A DNA stretch of 52,116 nt, from positions 1-52,116 of IMG/VR virus record IMGVR_UViG_3300027704_000032, one strand, 5' to 3'. A program made the position numbers and the translations under genes. Origin of the DNA: a virus. Taxonomy: Duplodnaviria > Caudoviricetes. Each line of letters starts with the position of its first letter. The stretch's first letter is position 1. Below are positions 45,743-52,116 of this stretch, one piece after another. Under the pieces are notes generated by a model that saw only the letters and a program-made list of their open reading frames with translations, was not told where the DNA came from and searched no databases.

Positions 45743-48730
45743 ATGGCAGGATATACAAGACAGTCTGCAGCGGACATAACTGCTAATGCGGTTATTAAAG
45801 CTGCACCAGTAAATGCAGAATTGAACGCATTACTTGCTGCTTTTAATGCAAGCACTGGTCACAAACATGATGGGACTACTGCAGAGGGTGCTTTTGTTCC
45901 TGTACTAGGGGATGCAGATGGCTTAAATAAAATAGTTGTTGATACTACTAATAATAGGCATGGGGTCTTTGTCGAGGTAAGTGGCTCTGCAGTAGAGCAG
46001 ATACGTATTTCAGATGGTCTTATAGCTCCCGTTACTGATAATGATGTTGATCTAGGTGGATCTACTTTAGAGTTTAAAGACTTACACCTAGATGGCACTG
46101 CTCATATTGACACGCTAGACGTTGATGCAAACGCTGGTATTATTGGTGCGCTTACCGTAACGGGTGTTACAGCCCTTAATGGTGGCTTGACTATGGACAG
46201 CAATAAGTTTACTGTTGCAAACACCAGCGGTAACACAGCCATTGCAGGTACGCTTGCAGTAACTGGCGCTACAACCTTAGCTGCTACTTCCTTTGGCGAT
46301 GCTAACATTACTAACGTGGGTAATATTGCTCTTGATAGCATTACGGCTGATGGTTCAACTATTACAATTACTGGCAATACTACCTTCGCTGATGGTGCTT
46401 TTGACTTTAACATTGCTTCACACGATACCTCAAATGGTTTAAAACTAGGTGGTACATTAGTTACAGCAACCGCTGCTGAGCTTAATATCTTAGATGGTGT
46501 CACATCCACTGCAGCAGAACTAAACATACTTGACGGTGTAACATCTACGGCTACCGAACTTAACATACTAGATGGGGTTACTGCTACAACTGCAGAGTTA
46601 AACTATCTTGATGTAACTACACTTGGTACATCTGAAGCATCTAAAGTTGTTACAGTAAATGCTAGTGGTGACTTGATTGTACCTGACAGTGACAAGTTTA
46701 ACTTTGGTGCTGGCAGTGACATGGCACTGTACCATGATGGAACTAACTCTTATATCACCAATAAAACAGGTGCGTTAAAAGTTGCTACAGAAACATCTGG
46801 CATTGCAATAACTATTGGTCACACTACATCAGAAGTAACAGTAGCAGATAACCTTACAATTACAGGTAACTTGACTGTTGGCGGTACACAGACAATCGTA
46901 GATACAGTCACGATGAATGCAGCTAATGCTATTGTGTTTGAAGGTGCTACTGCTGACGATCACGAAACTACACTGACCATTGTTGACCCAACAGCAGATC
47001 GTACAATTAACCTGCCCAACCAAAGTGGTACTATTCCAGTACTGGCTGCAGCAAGTAACACAGCTATTACCGCTACACCTGCTGAGCTAAACATAATGGA
47101 TGGCGGAACTAGTGTTACCTCTACTACATTAGCTGATGCTGATGGTGTTGTAGTCAATGACGCAGGTACTATGAAGCAGGTCGCTATGAGCGACATTAAC
47201 ACTTATATGCAGAATAACTTGAACACGCAAGCAAATCTAACTACAGTTGGTGCGCTTAATGCTGGTTCTATTACGTCAGGCTTTGGTACTATTAACATAG
47301 GGTCTTCCGCCTTCACAACTACAGGTGCGGTAAACTTTGGTTCTCTGAATGACGGTACTATTGGAGTTACAGCTTTTGTTGATGAAGACAACATGTCATC
47401 CAACAGTGCCACTCTTATACCAACACAACAGAGTGTAAAAGCTTACGTGGATACTGTAGCAGGTGCGGCTAATAACGTTACTGGTCTTACATCTACAGGT
47501 GCAGAGCTTAACATACTAGACGGTGCTACAGTTACTACAGCAGAGCTTAACATTCTTGACGGTAGTGAAACTACACAAGCTACAGTCACTCTGGTCGGCA
47601 CAGACGGTGTTGTAATTAGTGATGCTGATGTGATGAAACAAGCACTTGTATCTGACTTTGATACATATATGGCAACTACAACTAAAACTCTTACTAACAA
47701 GACATTGACAAGTGCTATACTTAATGGTACAACTCTTGTTGGTGGTGACTTTATTACAGCCTCTAATGCTGATCTTGACTTAGCTCCACATGGGACAGGT
47801 ACAGTTGTTGTAAGAGGCAATAGTAACTCAGGTGCAATAGTATTTAACTGTGAAAGCAATAGTCACGGACAGAAGGTCTCTGGACAGCCACACTCTGCAG
47901 GTGTTACAAATACCTTAATGCTACCAGCAGGTGCTAACTCAACGTTAGTATCTCTTGTATCTACAGATACACTTACTAATAAAACTTTAACGTCCCCTAA
48001 AATTAATGAGGATGTAGCAGTAACTTCTACAGCTACAGAGTTAAACATACTTGATGGTGTAACATCCACTACAGCAGAGTTAAACATTTTAGATGGTGTC
48101 ACTTCTACTGCAGCAGAACTTAACATACTAGACGGTGTAACAAGTACCGCTGCAGAACTAAACATTCTTGATGGTGTTACATCTACCGCAGCAGAGCTTA
48201 ATATACTTGATGGTGTAACCTCCACTGCTGCAGAACTTAATGTACTAGATGGCATTACTGCAGTAGTTGGTGAGCTTAATGCATTAGACATTGGTAGCAC
48301 AGCAGTGGGTACAGCAGTTGCTTCTAAGGCTGTAATACTAGACTCCAACAAAGACTATGCAGGAATGCGTAACGTTACTACAACAGGACTATTTAAACCT
48401 GTCACATACCAAGAGACATATGTATCAAAGAGTGCAGCATCTACAGTAACCTGTGATCTAGCTACAGCTAATCACTTTGCAGTTACTCTGGATCAAAATA
48501 CTACGTTTGCATTTAGTAACCCACCCGCTAGTGGTACTTCGTTCTCGTTCATACTTCTCGTTACCCAACACAGCACCGCCGTAACACTAACATGGCCTAA
48601 CACCGTTGATTGGGCAGGTGGTTCAGCACCTGATGCTGCAGGTAATAATGAAGTGCAAGCTTATGGTTTTGTAACCAGAGATAACGGAACGACTTACTAC
48701 GGTTTCCTTGGAGGAACAGCTATTGGGTAA
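45743..48730 (+). CDS. Tail fibre protein with 13-aa AELNILDGVTST repeats
   Basis: MAGYTRQ...GH.HDG attachment domain, TLTNKTL motifs, 14 ELNxxD repeats, C-terminal TWP..V.W.GG.AP domain. Confidence 0.85.
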   Translation: MAGYTRQSAADITANAVIKAAPVNAELNALLAAFNASTGHKHDGTTAEGAFVPVLGDADGLNKIVVDTTNNRHGVFVEVSGSAVEQIRISDGLIAPVTDNDVDLGGSTLEFKDLHLDGTAHIDTLDVDANAGIIGALTVTGVTALNGGLTMDSNKFTVANTSGNTAIAGTLAVTGATTLAATSFGDANITNVGNIALDSITADGSTITITGNTTFADGAFDFNIASHDTSNGLKLGGTLVTATAAELNILDGVTSTAAELNILDGVTSTATELNILDGVTATTAELNYLDVTTLGTSEASKVVTVNASGDLIVPDSDKFNFGAGSDMALYHDGTNSYITNKTGALKVATETSGIAITIGHTTSEVTVADNLTITGNLTVGGTQTIVDTVTMNAANAIVFEGATADDHETTLTIVDPTADRTINLPNQSGTIPVLAAASNTAITATPAELNIMDGGTSVTSTTLADADGVVVNDAGTMKQVAMSDINTYMQNNLNTQANLTTVGALNAGSITSGFGTINIGSSAFTTTGAVNFGSLNDGTIGVTAFVDEDNMSSNSATLIPTQQSVKAYVDTVAGAANNVTGLTSTGAELNILDGATVTTAELNILDGSETTQATVTLVGTDGVVISDADVMKQALVSDFDTYMATTTKTLTNKTLTSAILNGTTLVGGDFITASNADLDLAPHGTGTVVVRGNSNSGAIVFNCESNSHGQKVSGQPHSAGVTNTLMLPAGANSTLVSLVSTDTLTNKTLTSPKINEDVAVTSTATELNILDGVTSTTAELNILDGVTSTAAELNILDGVTSTAAELNILDGVTSTAAELNILDGVTSTAAELNVLDGITAVVGELNALDIGSTAVGTAVASKAVILDSNKDYAGMRNVTTTGLFKPVTYQETYVSKSAASTVTCDLATANHFAVTLDQNTTFAFSNPPASGTSFSFILLVTQHSTAVTLTWPNTVDWAGGSAPDAAGNNEVQAYGFVTRDNGTTYYGFLGGTAIG
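46468..48290 (+). repeat. 39-bp (13-aa) tandem repeats in the tail fibre
   Basis: Blocks of 4 (about 46468-46620) and 7 (about 48025-48290) copies plus 3 scattered copies. Confidence 0.85.
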
Positions 48731-50639
48731 CTCATTTGAAAAGGTATTTATAGGTAACGCTGGTACTGCCGCTGGTGGTGGTGGCCTTGATATTGATGAT
48801 GTGTTCAGCACTTATTTGTATACTGGAAATAGTGGTTCTCAAACGATCACTAATGGCATTGACCTTACTGAAGGTGGTTTGGTTTGGACTAAATCTCGAT
48901 CTAATACTTACAGCCACGGCCTTTACGATACTGAGCGTGGGGCTACAAAAGAGATAAAAAGTGATGCCAACACAGCCGAAAGCACTGACAACGGCGTTAC
49001 TGCATTTAATGCCAATGGTTATAACGTTGGAAATAGATTTACAACAAATACGAATGCCAAAACCTACGTCTCTTGGACATGGCGGAAGGCCCCTAAGTTT
49101 TTTGATATTGTTAAATATACTGGAAATGGTGTTAATGGTCGGACTATTAGCCATAATCTAGGGTCTGTTCCCGGTATGATTCTAATTAAAGGTCTAGATA
49201 CTACCTTTTCATGGCATGTTTTTCATAGAAGTTTACCTACTGAAACAGGTGACTTTCCATACACATTAAGTTTGGACACAACTGCTGCTCAGGCTGGAAG
49301 TCAAACGTATTATGGGTCAGGTATTACCAGTACAGAGTTTAAGATAAACAGGTACAATGCAGTTAATCAAGCTAATAAAGAATACGTTGCGTACATCTTC
49401 GCACACAACGATTCGGACGGTGAGTTCGGACCTGATGGTGACCAAGATATTATCAAGTGTGGTAGTTATACTGGTAATGGTTCCTCACAAGATATTAACT
49501 TAGGTTTTGAGGCTCAATGGGTAATGTTTAAGCCAGCTTCCGTAGCAGGCAACTGGAATATCATGGACGTTATGAGGGAGATGCCAACAAGCGGTGAGAA
49601 TGCAAAACGCCTTCGCCCAAACGACTCCGGTGCAGAATCAACTCTAAACCACTTATATGGAACGAGAGCTTTAGCAACAGGCTTCACTATTCTTGGACAA
49701 ACAATTGCAGATTTTAATAAGGACGGAGAAGATTATATCTACATGGCAATTCGCCGTGGCCCACTAGCTGTGCCTACTGATGCGACTAAGGTGTTTAACA
49801 CTGATGTGGCGGATAGTACCGGCTTGGCTGCTACATTTCCTATAGACATGTCCATATTTGGTGGCAGAACAGGGACTGATAAGTTTTATGCTATGGACAG
49901 GATCAGAGGAGGTAACTATTCTTTCACTAATACCACGGCGGCTGAGCTTTCTAATGCAGCGTTTAATATGTTTCAAAACGGCTCTGTTTATTATGCATAT
50001 AGAGATGCTCTAGACACCAATTATCTAGGTTGGCTATGGAGACGTGCTCCAGGCTATTTTGATGTGGTTGCATACAGCGGTACAAATTCTGCAAAAACTG
50101 TAGGCCATAACTTAACAGTCACGCCCGAAATGATGTGGGTTAAGTCTAGATCAAATGCTAATAGGTGGACGGTTTTTCACAAAGATATGGGGCCAACTAA
50201 ACGTGCGTTCTTAGATTTGACACAGGCTTTTGATACAGGTTCAGGTATATGGAATAACACTGCTCCAACTTCTACAGTATTTACTGTAGGTACTGATTCT
50301 AATACAAACTATAACGGACATACATTTATAGCCTACTTATTCGCAACTGCCCCCGGTGTGTCGAAGGTGGGTTCCGCAAGCCACTCTGGAACAACAAACG
50401 TGGACTGTGGCTTTACGTCAGGAGCAAGATTTGTGATGCTAAAACGTACTGACGCAGCAGGGGCTTGGTACGTCTGGGACAGTGTTAGAGGTATCATAGC
50501 TGGAAACGATCCGTACCTTCTGCTGAACTCAACAGCGGCTGAAGTTACAAACACAGACTACATTGACCCGCTCAATGCAGGCTTCACAATCTCAGATGCT
50601 TTTACTGACGGTAACTATATCTTCTACGCAATTGCATAG
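48708..50639 (+). CDS. Second tail fibre / receptor-binding protein with Y(T/S)G(N/T) repeats (start may be TTG 48723)
   Basis: Repeated YTGN..., HNL...P.M...K and W..FH units; two similar halves. Confidence 0.7.
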   Translation: MEEQLLGNSFEKVFIGNAGTAAGGGGLDIDDVFSTYLYTGNSGSQTITNGIDLTEGGLVWTKSRSNTYSHGLYDTERGATKEIKSDANTAESTDNGVTAFNANGYNVGNRFTTNTNAKTYVSWTWRKAPKFFDIVKYTGNGVNGRTISHNLGSVPGMILIKGLDTTFSWHVFHRSLPTETGDFPYTLSLDTTAAQAGSQTYYGSGITSTEFKINRYNAVNQANKEYVAYIFAHNDSDGEFGPDGDQDIIKCGSYTGNGSSQDINLGFEAQWVMFKPASVAGNWNIMDVMREMPTSGENAKRLRPNDSGAESTLNHLYGTRALATGFTILGQTIADFNKDGEDYIYMAIRRGPLAVPTDATKVFNTDVADSTGLAATFPIDMSIFGGRTGTDKFYAMDRIRGGNYSFTNTTAAELSNAAFNMFQNGSVYYAYRDALDTNYLGWLWRRAPGYFDVVAYSGTNSAKTVGHNLTVTPEMMWVKSRSNANRWTVFHKDMGPTKRAFLDLTQAFDTGSGIWNNTAPTSTVFTVGTDSNTNYNGHTFIAYLFATAPGVSKVGSASHSGTTNVDCGFTSGARFVMLKRTDAAGAWYVWDSVRGIIAGNDPYLLLNSTAAEVTNTDYIDPLNAGFTISDAFTDGNYIFYAIA

Positions 50640-50683
50640 AGTAATCAAGATAACAATCAAACTCATCTGAAAGGATCAATCTT

Positions 50684-51184
50684 ATGGGCGAATACAGACA
50701 CACAGAAACAGGCGAAGTTAAAACTCAGGGCGCATGGCGTGGGTTAAACAAACATAGGTCCATGCCACGGGTATGGAATGTTAATGTGCTAGAAGCTCTT
50801 AGCCTAGAGGCTGTACTTGCATCTCCAGCGGCTACTATATCACAGTATCAAACATCTGTTCGTGATGGCGTAGAGCAAGATTCATTAGGCAACTGGGTTG
50901 AGAAGTATGTTGCCAGAGATATGTTTGCTGATACTACTGATGATGATGGTGTAACTACTACTAAGTCAGAGCATGAGACTGCATATCAAACTGGCCTTGA
51001 TGCCGTTACTGCAGCTTCGGTTCGTACTAAACGTGATACACTACTTGCTGAAACGGATTGGACAGGTATGTCCGATGTAACAATGGCTTCCGCTATGACT
51101 ACTTACCGTCAAGCTCTTCGTGATATTACTGACCATTCAGACTTTCCCAATCTTGAGGAATCTGATTGGCCTACAAAGCCATAA
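50684..51184 (+). CDS. Tail fibre assembly chaperone
   Basis: R.KRD.LL.ETDW, YRQALRDIT, FP....WP.KP signature. Confidence 0.85.
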   Translation: MGEYRHTETGEVKTQGAWRGLNKHRSMPRVWNVNVLEALSLEAVLASPAATISQYQTSVRDGVEQDSLGNWVEKYVARDMFADTTDDDGVTTTKSEHETAYQTGLDAVTAASVRTKRDTLLAETDWTGMSDVTMASAMTTYRQALRDITDHSDFPNLEESDWPTKP

Positions 51185-51187
51185 GTT

Positions 51188-51442
51188 ATGTCAGAAGTAA
51201 CCATCACACATGATGAGCTAGAAGCAATGCTGGACCGTGCAGCTAGGCGTGGAGCTAAGGAAGCTCTACGTTCTATCGGTCTACTTGACGATGATGCACA
51301 CAGAGACATTACAGAAATGCGTAGCTTGATTGAAGCTTGGCGTGATACTCGTAAATCTATCTGGACAACAGCAATAAAAGTAACCACTGTCGCCGTACTG
51401 ACGTTTATCGCAGGCGCAGTATACATGACAATGGATAAATGA
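51188..51442 (+). CDS. DUF6127-like small membrane protein
   Basis: AA.RGA..AL..IGL.D..A..DI.EMR.L..AWR plus a C-terminal TM. Confidence 0.65.
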   Translation: MSEVTITHDELEAMLDRAARRGAKEALRSIGLLDDDAHRDITEMRSLIEAWRDTRKSIWTTAIKVTTVAVLTFIAGAVYMTMDK

Positions 51443-51454
51443 AGGTAGAATAAC

Positions 51455-52116
51455 ATGGCAATAGATGTAAGTGAATTTCAAGCGGCTGTAACTCAAACTG
51501 ATATAGACACTCACAGGCCCAGCGCAGCTAATTATAATCCTAGCACCAAACCTAACATGCGAGAGTTAGGTATGATCAACGCAGGGTTAAATCCAGGCAG
51601 TGCTTCTGACCACGCCACTTACCAAGCTGCCCTTGTGGCAGGGTATGCCGCTCCCGACTCAGATATAGGTAAAGCAATATCCGCAAGCAATGCGGCTGCA
51701 AGCGAGGCTCTTTATGGTGTTGTAGGTTCTAATACAGATACACGCAACTGGGAGGCTATCCAGTCTGCTGCCTCAGCAGGCGCAGATATTAACCAAGTAA
51801 TAGGTGCAGCTACTAACGCAATGTATGGAGGGGTTACACCACAGCTTGTAAATGGTGCTCTGGTGCTGGTCAGCGGTAACGGTCAAGTTCTTCGTGGGGT
51901 AAGCCCTAAAAATACTAAAGCATTTCAAAAAGAATTAACTAAGTTTGGTGTAAGTGACACTGAATGGGGTAATACTCTTGCCACTCAGTTTGATACCTAC
52001 AGGACATCACAAACTGAAGCTCAGGCAACATTCCAAGGCATTATAAATGACCCTACCTCAACGGCTCAGGAAAGGGCTGACGCACAGATAGGAATAGATA
52101 GATCTATAAAAATAGT
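51455..52116 (+). CDS. Probable internal virion protein, 3'-truncated (not in ORF track)
   Basis: ATG at 51455 (AAGGT upstream); 220 open codons MAIDVSEFQ...IDRSIKI to the window end. Confidence 0.7.
   Translation, partial: MAIDVSEFQAAVTQTDIDTHRPSAANYNPSTKPNMRELGMINAGLNPGSASDHATYQAALVAGYAAPDSDIGKAISASNAAASEALYGVVGSNTDTRNWEAIQSAASAGADINQVIGAATNAMYGGVTPQLVNGALVLVSGNGQVLRGVSPKNTKAFQKELTKFGVSDTEWGNTLATQFDTYRTSQTEAQATFQGIINDPTSTAQERADAQIGIDRSIKI

Noticed and set aside
46468-48290. 39-bp tandem repeats as CRISPR or DGR repeats
   Set aside because: In-frame coding repeats with synonymous variation; no reverse transcriptase and no adenine-specific pattern.

Overview
A nearly complete, circularly permuted genome of a lytic podovirus-type dsDNA phage. 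It has no RNA polymerase, integrase or repressor. The two-arm layout and gene set (PolA, primase-helicase, class II RNR, glutaredoxin, PhoH, MazG, ThyX) are those of Zobellviridae/SIO1-cobavirus-like roseophages; this family call is from recall, not a database search. An alphaproteobacterial (probably Rhodobacteraceae) host is inferred from promoter and operator motifs, a DUF1127 gene and SxRPxxRP peptides. The minus-strand arm (8512-25030) carries early, replication and nucleotide-metabolism genes plus tRNA-Arg(UCU). The plus-strand arm (26715-52116, continuing at 1-8515) carries lysis, packaging, head, tail and internal virion genes. The window breaks inside the internal-virion gene region, and the true genome ends probably lie in the 1.6-kb divergent non-coding gap (25.1-26.7 kb). 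Main unexplained signals: (1) this gap holds a dense array of host transcription-factor-like operators (five exact alphaproteobacterial LexA boxes, two Fur/Mur-like, two RutR-like, CtrA, IHF, DnaA and three copies of an unassigned 23-bp dyad); (2) two inverted promoter + TACTTWAAGTA-repeat + AT-core elements that look like twin origins; (3) a hydrophobic-x-x-G-G peptide tag occurs 13 times in three late-arm proteins, including a 1423-aa multi-domain protein in the usual prohead-protease position; (4) boxA plus long RNase III-like hairpins on the early transcript, a structured capsid leader, and several small ORFs missed by the ORF track (DUF1127, a split DUF5872-like pair).
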